Translations under genes and position numbers: made by a program
Part shown: positions 9,601 through 17,067 of the stretch, piece by piece
Layout: the number at the start of each line of letters is the position of its first letter
How positions within the stretch are numbered: position 1 is the stretch's first letter
Assembly: GCA_046262595.1 (NCBI GenBank)
Contig: JBHEMM010000043.1
Span: forward strand, 1 to 19,183
Direction: 5' to 3'
From: Vulcanimicrobiaceae bacterium
Lineage (GTDB): Bacteria; Vulcanimicrobiota; Vulcanimicrobiia; Vulcanimicrobiales; Vulcanimicrobiaceae
Length of the DNA: 19,183 bases
Notes under the pieces: generated by a model
What the model was told of the DNA's origin: nothing
Seen by the model: only the letters and a program-made list of their open reading frames with translations
Databases searched by the model: none

Positions 9601-9858
9601 TACCACTCGCTGGTGGACGGCACGATCACGACGCAGCCGGAATTTTCTTTTTGGTTCAAAGACGTCGGCTGGAACGTTGAAAACTACGGCACGGATCCGG
9701 ATTACGATATCGACATCGCACCGCACGATTACCGCGACGGCAAAGATCCCCAGCTCGATTTCGCGCTGAACGTCATCGTGCCGGCGGCGGAAGCGTACCG
9801 GGAGCCGTTCCCGGATCTCGACGCGCGCCCGTCGCTGCCTCTTCCGAACCTGCCCTAA
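6616..9858 (+). CDS. Tricorn protease (peptidase S41B): two beta-propellers, PDZ and catalytic domains
   Basis: 1080 aa. GYYRFPAL, SPDG repeats, WKRYRGG, TSHAYE (His), GYVHVPDM, DVRYNRGG, AGSDGD (catalytic Ser), RTWGGVIGI, VENYGTDPD and DPQLD. No signal peptide is visible. Confidence 0.93.
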   Translation: MDQGYYRFPALAGDRVVFVCEDDLWSASLAGGAAARLTSTAGACALPRLSPDGTTIAFIANDEGHPEVYVMPAAGGRPRRVTYLAGTLASISAWSGDGSEIFFTSNPGAWYARETRGFAVTPDGGTPRELQLGHMKSIFPGPEGRFVIGRNESDPARWKRYRGGTSGEIWIDAQTAGEFEKLPLPDGNPVWPMWIGERIYFLADHEGIGNLYSCTLSGSDIRRHTHHNDYYARFPSTDGKRIVYSAGGALYCFDVAANAVREIAVTAASPAPQTVRRFLAGSEELAEFAPSPDGTRLALVSRGQPATMPLWEEAPLHYGTGSSERFRNIAWMHDGERFAATTDRNGYEQIVVLAASSPESMRVLTSTDIGRVTELACSPANDRIAFANHRYELVLLEPGGAPRVLDKSVGSRISDLAFSPDGRWLAYVWWPGGDNSAIVRVVKCKSGAILDVTPQLRVDSNPSWDPQGNYLYFISTRDFDPVYDALQFNLSFPQAQRPFLVTLRKDVPNPFTPKRKPVHREHEHDHDREDAAQEKKRAGKPPRIEIDADGITGRILGFPVDEGDYGDIAAVRNRVYFTKFEVRGIKPGDRAWDVEEPGGTLMAYDFEQQRSAAIASDVTAIALGNDRHTLVYRSQNRLRVIDALADLPEDQDDTKPPTEPGRKSGWIDVDRISVEVDPPAEWAQMYREAWRMQTEQFWVEDMSDIDWDRVKDRYEALLPRVRTRSELSDVIWEMHGELGTSHAYEIGGDLRRPPEYATGFLGADLSYDSGADGWRVDRIYRGDSWNREVDSPLAEPGLAIEEGSIVLAIAGKRLSAAFSPQQALVNMAGREVSLTLREGAGARTVTVRVLESEQPLRYRAWVDKNRAYVHAKTGGKIGYVHVPDMGPWGFSEFHRGYLSEFDRAGLLVDVRYNRGGHVSPLLLEKLVRKRVGYDVSRYSNKPVPYPPESVAGPIVAITNQFAGSDGDIFSHCFKLYKLGPLVGKRTWGGVIGINPYHSLVDGTITTQPEFSFWFKDVGWNVENYGTDPDYDIDIAPHDYRDGKDPQLDFALNVIVPAAEAYREPFPDLDARPSLPLPNLP

Positions 9859-9887
9859 AAGACACACGTACGGAGTACGTATCGCCC

Positions 9888-11399
9888 GTGAGGCTTCCTT
9901 GGTTCCGGCAGACCGCCTTTTTGGCCGCCGCAGCCGCATTCGTCGTCCATGCGGCCGCTAATCCGCATTACGGCTTCTTCCGCGACGAGCTGTATTTCAT
10001 CATTTGCGGCCGGCATCCGCAATGGGGGTACGTCGATCAGCCGCCGGTCGTGCCGCTGCTCTCGGCGCTCACGCAGGTGCTCGGCCCGTCGCTTTTTCTT
10101 TTGCGTCTCGTACCTGCGGCATGTGCTGCCGCCGCAGTCTTCGCCGCGTGCCGCCTGAGCGAAGAATTCGGCGGAAAAACGTTCGCGCTGCTGCTTGCGG
10201 CAACCGGCACGTTTTTCGCGCCCGAGCTCCTGAGTTTCGGCATGAAGTCCGGCACGGACGAGATTGGCATGTGGGCGTGGCCGATCGCCGTGCTTTTTAT
10301 CGCACGCGTGCGCAAGGGCGCCGATCCGCGCTGGTGGCTCGCGGCGGGGGCGGTCATCGGATTGGCGTTCGAAGCGAAGTATAGCGCGCTGTTTTTCGGT
10401 ATCGCTGCCGTGGCGGCGCTGCTGCTCGCGCCCGGCCGCCGCGTGCTGTTCACGCCGTGGTTTGCCGCCGGCGCCGCGCTTGCGATCCTCATCGCGCTGC
10501 CGAACGCGCTGTGGCAAGCGCACTACGGTTTTCCGATGATAGAGCTGCTGCGCAACGGTCAGCACGGGAAGAACGTCATGGTCTCGCCGCAGACGTTTCT
10601 GCTGCTGCAGCTGCTCGTAACGAATCCGCTGCTTTCGCTCATTTGGCTTACCGGTTTGGTTTGGGCGCTGTCCAAACCGGATCTCCGTTGGATCGCGTAC
10701 CTGTGGGCGATTTTGATGGCGCTGATGATTGCGGCGCACGGAAAAATGTACTATCCCGGCGACGTCTATCCGGTTGCGTTCGCGCTCGGCGGCGTTGCGC
10801 TGGAACGGCTGCTCTCCAATGCGGCATTGCGCGCCGCCGCGTTGGGCGTTGCGGTAGCCGCAGGCATCGCAATGGCGCCGCTGGTCTTGCCCATACTCTC
10901 AGAACCAGACGCGGTCGCATACGGGCAAGGTTTGAGCCGCACGCTGCACATCAACGCGCCGAAAACCGAACATCACCGCTCGGGACCGCTATCCGACGAT
11001 TTCGCCGACATGCACGGGTGGCCGCAGCTCGCGCAAACCGTCGCTTCCCTATACGACGCGCTTCCGCCTGACGAAAAGCGCGTAGCCGCGATCGCGGCGT
11101 CGAACTACGGCGAGGCGGCCGCCATCGATTTCTTCGGCGCAGCGTACGGCCTGCCGCCCGCGATCAGCGGGCACAATCAATATTTCCTTTGGGGCACGCA
11201 CGGTTACAGCGGTGAAGTGCTCATTGACATCGACGGCGACTGTGGAGCGGGCATGCATCTGTACCGGAGCGCACGGCGCGCCGCCGTGTTTTCCGCGCCG
11301 TGGGCGATCGCTTACGAGCAGGGGCTGCCGATCATGGTCTGCCGCGGTATCGACAAACCGCTCCAGCAGATTTGGACCCGCGTCAAAAACTACAACTGA
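9888..11399 (+). CDS. GT-C fold integral membrane glycosyltransferase (PMT_2/ArnT-like)
   Basis: Many hydrophobic segments. YGFFRDELYF, WGYVDQPP, KYS, PNALWQ, GKMYY, NYGEAAAID and SGHNQYFLWG. GGAG at 9872-9875. Confidence 0.8.
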   Translation: MRLPWFRQTAFLAAAAAFVVHAAANPHYGFFRDELYFIICGRHPQWGYVDQPPVVPLLSALTQVLGPSLFLLRLVPAACAAAAVFAACRLSEEFGGKTFALLLAATGTFFAPELLSFGMKSGTDEIGMWAWPIAVLFIARVRKGADPRWWLAAGAVIGLAFEAKYSALFFGIAAVAALLLAPGRRVLFTPWFAAGAALAILIALPNALWQAHYGFPMIELLRNGQHGKNVMVSPQTFLLLQLLVTNPLLSLIWLTGLVWALSKPDLRWIAYLWAILMALMIAAHGKMYYPGDVYPVAFALGGVALERLLSNAALRAAALGVAVAAGIAMAPLVLPILSEPDAVAYGQGLSRTLHINAPKTEHHRSGPLSDDFADMHGWPQLAQTVASLYDALPPDEKRVAAIAASNYGEAAAIDFFGAAYGLPPAISGHNQYFLWGTHGYSGEVLIDIDGDCGAGMHLYRSARRAAVFSAPWAIAYEQGLPIMVCRGIDKPLQQIWTRVKNYN

Positions 11400-11405
11400 C
11401 TGCAG

Positions 11406-12230
11406 TTACTTCAACTTCATGTCCCCGACCGCAATGAAGTGCAGCCGCGCCAGCAGCGGTTTGTCTTCCTTCACGAAGTTGATGAAGTCGGCGATCTGCG
11501 CGGACGGCTGCCCATTGGTGAGCATGTACTCGTACGACCACAGCGCGTACTTTCCCGACTCGACGTTCGCGTCGGTGGGCGGCACGCCGTCGATCGACAC
11601 GGCGACCTGCTCGCCGGGCTTTACGTACCCGGCAGCGAGATAAGAAACGGCGCCGCCCGTCTGCGCCACCATCGCGGCGACCGTCCCCGACGAATCCTGC
11701 GTGAGGCCCGCATCCGTCGGCTGCGCGCCTTGCATAATTTTGCTCACAAACACCGCGCGCGTTCCCGAGCTCTTCGGACGGTTGATGATCGTAATCGGCT
11801 GATCGGCGCCGCCCACGGCCTTCCAGTTCTTGATCTTGCCGCTGAAGATCCCGCGAATCTGCGCCGAAGAAAGATTCTTCACGCGCGCAGCGGGATTCAC
11901 GGCGAGCGCGAAGGCGACCACGGCGACTTGATGGTCGACCAGCGAGGGTTCATGCACGGGCAAGACGTCGGAATCGCCGATGTCCGCTCCTTTTTGCGCC
12001 GCTTGCGTCACGCCCGTCATCGAACCGCCACCCGAAACGCTGATCTTGGCGTCCGGATGTTTGGTTTGGTAATCTGTTGCGGCTTGTTTGACCAGCGGTA
12101 AGAGCGCCGTCGAACCAACTGCGGTGATCGACGCGGACGAAGAGGAAGACGACGAGGCGGAATTTCCGCTGCAGCTCGCCGCGGAAAGGATCGCCGTGGC
12201 GGATACAGCGCAGACGAGACCACGGATCAT
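11406..12230 (-). CDS. pstS: Phosphate ABC transporter substrate-binding lipoprotein (PstS family)
   Basis: SD GGAGGT 6 nt before ATG 12230. Lipobox-like AASC followed by a Ser-rich tether. GSTALLPL, SGGGS, DIGDSD, RPKSSGTRAVF and YALWSYEY. Confidence 0.88.
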   Translation of the reverse strand: MIRGLVCAVSATAILSAASCSGNSASSSSSSSASITAVGSTALLPLVKQAATDYQTKHPDAKISVSGGGSMTGVTQAAQKGADIGDSDVLPVHEPSLVDHQVAVVAFALAVNPAARVKNLSSAQIRGIFSGKIKNWKAVGGADQPITIINRPKSSGTRAVFVSKIMQGAQPTDAGLTQDSSGTVAAMVAQTGGAVSYLAAGYVKPGEQVAVSIDGVPPTDANVESGKYALWSYEYMLTNGQPSAQIADFINFVKEDKPLLARLHFIAVGDMKLK

Positions 12231-12303
12231 CGCAAAACCTCCGGTAAGAGCCCGAAGCGCCGGGCCGTACCGGCCCAATTCTTAGCGCACGATCAAATAC
12301 ATT

Positions 12304-13188
12304 TTAGCGCGCAACGATTTCGAGCAGTTGCGGGTAGACCAGGTCTGTTCGCGCCTTGGGGTTGTCCGGCTCGATGATGTCGTGGTTGCGCGGCAAGCCG
12401 CCCAATGCGTGCGCGAACGCGCATCCGGCTTTGCGCGCGTTCCAATCGCGCACGACGGCCGCCGTGGCCGCATTGTTGACCGCCGGATCGTTCACATTCA
12501 TCACAACGTCGATCCGGGCGGCGCGGATGGACGTCCGTTTCGAGGCAGTACGCACGTCCGCTGCAATGCGCAGCGTCTGCGCCAGAGCGTGCGTCGGGAA
12601 GCGCGGATACGCCGTCAGCGGATGCATCCCGTTCTTCACGCGCGGATCCCACCAGAGGAACGCATTCGGCAGAACGCGCATTGCGGCCGCCGTCGCCTGC
12701 GAGAGGGCATAGGAGAAATCCAAAATTGCAAACTCAGGCGCAATCACCACGCCGTGCTGCACGTCTGCGCGGTACTGCGCGAAATACGCGGCAAGCAGTC
12801 CGCTCGAGGAAATGCCGGCAACGCAGACGCGCTCGCCCAAGCCGCACGCAATGTCGAGGGCCTGCGATGCGCGTTCGATCAGCGCCGGCGCGGTGAGATG
12901 CGCGAGCCGCTTTGTCAGCCGATCGCGGTCGCCGTGGCCGGGCAGACGCGGAATCAGCACATTGAGGCCGCGCGCGTGCGCGAGCGGTGCGAATTCCCGG
13001 AATTGGCCCGGATGATTCGTAAACCCGTGCAGCAGCACGAGCGCCAGCGGCGTACGCGCGCCGTGATGCAGCAGCGCGCTTCGCGCTTGTGTTAAAATCT
13101 CCGGACCGTCACGCCGCTGCAGCCGCTGCATGGCGGCCAACGCTTCTTGAAACGAACCGGCGCGGTTTACGGGCGGCGCTTGAAGCAT
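12304..13188 (-). CDS. Alpha/beta hydrolase (esterase/lysophospholipase-like), paralog 1
   Basis: LLHGFT, PRLPGHG, nucleophile elbow GISSSG, NDPAVNN (acid) and NHDII (His). Start ATG 13188 overlaps the end of tag; the start position is uncertain. Confidence 0.8.
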   Translation of the reverse strand: MLQAPPVNRAGSFQEALAAMQRLQRRDGPEILTQARSALLHHGARTPLALVLLHGFTNHPGQFREFAPLAHARGLNVLIPRLPGHGDRDRLTKRLAHLTAPALIERASQALDIACGLGERVCVAGISSSGLLAAYFAQYRADVQHGVVIAPEFAILDFSYALSQATAAAMRVLPNAFLWWDPRVKNGMHPLTAYPRFPTHALAQTLRIAADVRTASKRTSIRAARIDVVMNVNDPAVNNAATAAVVRDWNARKAGCAFAHALGGLPRNHDIIEPDNPKARTDLVYPQLLEIVAR

Positions 13189-13715
13189 GTCGCCGCGTGA
13201 TCGTCCACCAAGCCGGCGGCTTGCATGTACGAGTAACAGATCGTCGTCCCGGTGAAGCGAAAGCCGCGCTTGCGCAGATCGTGGCTGAGGCGGTCGGAGA
13301 GCGGCGTGCTTGCCGCAGGCGCGGCGCCATGCCCGCCGCGGCGCACCGGCTTGCCGTCGACAAAGCGCCAAACGTACGTATCGAACGTGCCGAATTCGGA
13401 CTGAACGCGCAGGAACGCGCGCGCGTTGCTCACCGCCGATTCAACCTTTAACCGGTTGCGCACGATGCCGGGATCGAGCAGCAGTTGTTCGATCCGTGCG
13501 CGCGAGAAACGCGCGACGCGCGCCGGATCGAAGTTCGCGAACACCTCGCGGTACCGTTCGCGCTTGCGCAAAATCAGATCCCAGCTCAAGCCGGCCTGCG
13601 CACCTTCCAAGGTAAGCAGTTCGAAGTGCATCGGATCTTCGTGCACGGGCACACCCCATTCGCGATCGTGATACGCAATTGCGAGCGGATTGGCCGCCCA
13701 AGCGCAACGCTTCAC
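13167..13715 (-). CDS. tag: DNA-3-methyladenine glycosylase I
   Basis: RCAWA, YHDREWGVP, LEGAQAGLSW, GIVRNRLK, GFRFTGTTICYSYMQAAGLVDDH...C (Zn ligands). GTG 13715 overlaps the upstream TGA. Confidence 0.95.
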   Translation of the reverse strand: MKRCAWAANPLAIAYHDREWGVPVHEDPMHFELLTLEGAQAGLSWDLILRKRERYREVFANFDPARVARFSRARIEQLLLDPGIVRNRLKVESAVSNARAFLRVQSEFGTFDTYVWRFVDGKPVRRGGHGAAPAASTPLSDRLSHDLRKRGFRFTGTTICYSYMQAAGLVDDHAATCFKRRP

Positions 13716-14572
13716 CGGTCGATCAAGTCCGCGAGGAGCGCGTTCACGCGTTCCGCAACGGCCGGGTGACGCTTGGGTTCGACGATGTCGTGCAGCACGG
13801 GCAGGCCCTTTAACCAAACCACTTCAAGCGCGCCCGGCTTGCTGGCCGTCCACGCGCGGGCGAGCCGTCTGATCGCGCGGTTGTTCACTGCCGGCTCGAA
13901 CGGATTAAGCACTAACGCGAGGCTTCTCGCTGCGGGTGCATCCAGTTTCGCGCGCTCGAACAATTCGTCTGCGAGCGCAAGGCCGTGCGCGACGGCGTGC
14001 GTGGCATAACGCGGGTAACCATGTTCGGGCTGCTGCCGTTCGCGCAGCACCGGATCCCACCAATAAAAGCGGTTCGGAAGTTTAAGCGTGAGCCGGACCG
14101 CCGCCATGCGCAACACGGCGGGCAAAAACAGCACGCCCAAAAACGGCGAGAGCGCGACGGCGCGTTCCACGGCTTGCGTCTGTCCTACGTAGCAGCTCAG
14201 CAGACCGCCCAGCGAAAAACCGGCAACGCGGACGTGCGTTCCCATGCCGCGCGCGATTTCAAGCGATTCGAACGCGCACGCTTTGAGCTGTCGCGAATCC
14301 ATGGTGGCCAAAGCCTGCGAGAGCCGGTCGCGATAACCGTGGCGCGGCAGACGGGGAACCAGCACGTTATGTCCGCGCGCGTGCAGCGTCTGCGCAACGC
14401 GAAGGAGCTGCCGCGGACTGGCCGAGAGGCCGTGAAACAGCAGCGTCGCGCGTTCGGTTTGAACGCCGTGATCGAAAGCAAGCGTGCGGCACGACTCGGC
14501 GATGCGTCCGGTGTCGCGCGCCATGAAGCGTTCGAGCCGTTCGCGCATCTGCGCGTGCGTGGTTGGCGTCAT
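13712..14572 (-). CDS. Alpha/beta hydrolase, paralog 2
   Basis: LFHGLS, PRLPRHG, GFSLGG, WWDP, FEPAVNN and LHDIVEP. Confidence 0.85.
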   Translation of the reverse strand: MTPTTHAQMRERLERFMARDTGRIAESCRTLAFDHGVQTERATLLFHGLSASPRQLLRVAQTLHARGHNVLVPRLPRHGYRDRLSQALATMDSRQLKACAFESLEIARGMGTHVRVAGFSLGGLLSCYVGQTQAVERAVALSPFLGVLFLPAVLRMAAVRLTLKLPNRFYWWDPVLRERQQPEHGYPRYATHAVAHGLALADELFERAKLDAPAARSLALVLNPFEPAVNNRAIRRLARAWTASKPGALEVVWLKGLPVLHDIVEPKRHPAVAERVNALLADLIDR

Positions 14573-14616
14573 AAAAAGAGGTTGGCTTCCCGAAAGTCCT
14601 TAAGTGGACGACTATT

Positions 14617-15837
14617 ATGGCGAACGTTCGCGAAGGGCAAACCAAATACATAGCGGCTGAACAGACGTATGGAGCGCACAATTACGATCCGCTCGATGTG
14701 GTGGTGCACCGCGCCGAGGGCGTCTGGCTCTACGACGTGGAGGGGAAGCGCTATCTGGACTGCGTGAGCGCGTATTCCGCGGTGAATCAAGGTCACGGCC
14801 ATCCGAAGATCCGCGAAGCGCTCGTGCAGCAAGCGCAGCGCGTGACACTCACCTCGCGCGCGATGCGCAATGACCGGCTGCCCGAGTTTTTGATGGCGCT
14901 CACGAAACTGTGCGGTTTTGAGATGGCGCTGCCGATGAACACGGGCGTGGAAGCGGTTGAAACGGCAATTAAACTCGCGCGCCGCTACGGCTACGAACGC
15001 AAGGGCATCGCGCCCGACCGGGCGGAGATCATCGTATTCGAGAATAACTTTCACGGCCGCACGATCGCGGCGATCAGCGCGAGCACGACGCAAGAATACC
15101 GCCGCAATTTTGGGCCGCTCACTCCGGGGTTCGTCCACGTTCCTTATGGTAATTTTGAAGCGCTCGCCGCCGCGCTGAACGAGAACACGTGCGCCATTCT
15201 GATCGAGCCGATTCAAGGCGAAGGCGGCGTGATCGTCCCCCCGGACGGATTTTTAAAACGCGCATGGGGCTTGTGCCGCGAGCACCGCGTCCTGTTCGTC
15301 GCCGACGAGGTTCAAACGGGCTTCGGACGCACGGGCGACCTGTTCGCGTGCGATCATGAAGCGGTGCGCCCGGACGTGCTCATCGTCGGCAAGGCGCTGG
15401 GCGGCGGATTCTACCCCGTTTCGGCCGTGCTCGCGAGCAGCGAATTATTGCTGCTCTTCAAGCCAGGGGAACACGGAAGCACGTTCGGCGGCAATCCGCT
15501 GGCCTGCGCCGTGGCGTTGGCTTCCATGGAAGTGGTGACGGAGGAACGGCTCGCAGCGCGAGCCCGCTATGCGGGGGCGAAGGTCATGCAGGGTTTGCGC
15601 GCTCTCAATGCGCCGGCCATCCGGGAAGTGCGCGGGCGCGGGTTACTCATCGGCATCGAACTCGACTGTCCCGCGCGCGAGTTGAGCCGGCGCCTTTTGG
15701 AACGAGGCGTCGTTGCGAAAGACACGCACGAAAGTGTTTTGCGCCTCGCTCCGCCGCTGACCATCGGCGAGAGCGAGATCGCGTACCTGCTCGAGCGGAT
15801 TGCGCAAGCGCTTTGTACGCCATTCTCGACGGCCTGA
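14617..15837 (+). CDS. rocD: Ornithine--oxo-acid aminotransferase (class III PLP)
   Basis: YGAHNYDPL, YSAVNQGHGHP, PMNTGVEAVETAIK, NFHGRT, EPIQGEGG, ADEVQTGFGRTG, GKALGGG and EHGSTFGGNPLAC. Confidence 0.92.
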   Translation: MANVREGQTKYIAAEQTYGAHNYDPLDVVVHRAEGVWLYDVEGKRYLDCVSAYSAVNQGHGHPKIREALVQQAQRVTLTSRAMRNDRLPEFLMALTKLCGFEMALPMNTGVEAVETAIKLARRYGYERKGIAPDRAEIIVFENNFHGRTIAAISASTTQEYRRNFGPLTPGFVHVPYGNFEALAAALNENTCAILIEPIQGEGGVIVPPDGFLKRAWGLCREHRVLFVADEVQTGFGRTGDLFACDHEAVRPDVLIVGKALGGGFYPVSAVLASSELLLLFKPGEHGSTFGGNPLACAVALASMEVVTEERLAARARYAGAKVMQGLRALNAPAIREVRGRGLLIGIELDCPARELSRRLLERGVVAKDTHESVLRLAPPLTIGESEIAYLLERIAQALCTPFSTA

Positions 15838-16676
15838 CCGCCGAGCGGCGGGCGGGCCTCGTTTTCGTCGATTCCTCGGGACACCGCCGCGATTACACCT
15901 TTGCCGAAGCCGCCGATCAATCGCAGCGCTACGCCGCCGTTCTTCGCGCGATAGGCGTTCAGAAAGGCCAGTTTGTCGCGGTCTGCAATGCGAACACGGC
16001 GAAGTGCATCTTTCTGCTCCTGGCATTGGAGCGGCTGGGCGCACAGCCGGTGCTCTGCGGCGACGATTTAACCGGCGAGGAGCTGCTGGCCAGAATGCAG
16101 GCCTTTGCCGTAAGCACCGTCGTCACGAACCGGCGGGGCCGCCGGCATGTCGAATGGGTCCAGGCATTCCTGCCCGCGGGCACGCGTTACGTGCTCGTCG
16201 GCGAAGAGCACGAAAAGTGGGCGCGGATGGACACGCTCGCGCGATCCGCCAAACCCTACGCCGCGTCGTCGCGCGAGCCGGCCGCCGTCGGCGCACGCGT
16301 GCGTCACATTGCACACGATCTGCTGCAAGCGCGGACGACGGATCGTGTTTGGAGCACCTTTCCATTCGGTACGGACCGCTGGCTTACGTTTGCCGGCGCA
16401 CCGCTCGTTTGCGGTGCTGCGACGATCGTCCACGAAGGCCCGTTCAAGGCACACGAACGGCTCGATCTGCTGCACGAACTCGAAACGACCATTTTGTGCC
16501 AAACCGCGCACGAATACGCCGCCCTGCTGGACGCGGGAGTCGGGGCGGACGGCGTGCGCCTGCCGCGGCTGCGCCGCTGCATCGCTTCGGACGGATTCCC
16601 GGAGCTGACGGCGCGCTGGCAACAGGCGACAGGCAAAGTTCTTCATCTTGCAGCCGTGGGTACGCTGCAATTATGA
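15813..16676 (+). CDS. Truncated/degenerate AMP-binding (ANL superfamily, acyl-CoA synthetase-like) N-terminal domain protein
   Basis: A1-like RDYTFAE, AAVLRAIGVQKGQFVAV, LALERLGA, PLVCGAATIVHEGPF, LRRCIAS and WQQATG. It has no TSGTTGxPK P-loop, no YGxTE motif and no C-terminal domain. It overlaps both neighbours. Confidence 0.7.
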   Translation: MYAILDGLTAERRAGLVFVDSSGHRRDYTFAEAADQSQRYAAVLRAIGVQKGQFVAVCNANTAKCIFLLLALERLGAQPVLCGDDLTGEELLARMQAFAVSTVVTNRRGRRHVEWVQAFLPAGTRYVLVGEEHEKWARMDTLARSAKPYAASSREPAAVGARVRHIAHDLLQARTTDRVWSTFPFGTDRWLTFAGAPLVCGAATIVHEGPFKAHERLDLLHELETTILCQTAHEYAALLDAGVGADGVRLPRLRRCIASDGFPELTARWQQATGKVLHLAAVGTLQL

Positions 16677-16984
16677 ACGCCGGATCTTTCCCGCGCCTGC
16701 CCGACTATCCGGTTCAGCAACGTCTGGAGATCGGCGGAATCAGCGTCGTGCTCTTGCGCGTGCCTCCCGCGGAAAGCCTTCCTCAAAACATCTTCGGGCT
16801 CAATGAAAACGGCGATGCGCTTTGGCAGGTCGAGCCGCGCCCGTCAACCACGCCGAACAACAAGTATACATCCATGCGCGATGAACTGGGACTGCTGGTC
16901 GCCAGGACCGAAGACGGCGCACAGCGCAAGATTGACGCGCGTACCGGGCGCGTGTTACACGAAGAACCGGCGCCGCAGACTTAA
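16673..16984 (+). CDS. Small all-beta hypothetical protein (103 aa) with PQQ-like/partial beta-propeller repeats
   Basis: ATGA overlap with the upstream stop. NIFGLNENGDALWQV and IDARTGRVL are blade-like motifs. Confidence 0.7.
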   Translation: MNAGSFPRLPDYPVQQRLEIGGISVVLLRVPPAESLPQNIFGLNENGDALWQVEPRPSTTPNNKYTSMRDELGLLVARTEDGAQRKIDARTGRVLHEEPAPQT

Positions 16985-17067
16985 CGGATCGCGTAAAGAG
17001 GCGCCTCGTCCTGGAAGCAACCACGCGTTCCAGTGCTAAAAAGCGAAATGAAGCAACCGTCCGCGTG

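Noticed and set aside
15800..16672. 394-aa ORF 15800-16984 as one gene
   Set aside because: Only the part from ATG 16673 looks protein-like; the upstream part is an Arg-rich alternative frame over the AMP-binding-like gene.
17014..17058. GAAGCAACC direct repeat (17014-17022 and 17050-17058) and a weak CTGGAA/TTCCAG hairpin between convergent genes
   Set aside because: Only two 9-bp copies and no U-tract, which is too little for a CRISPR array, att site or terminator.
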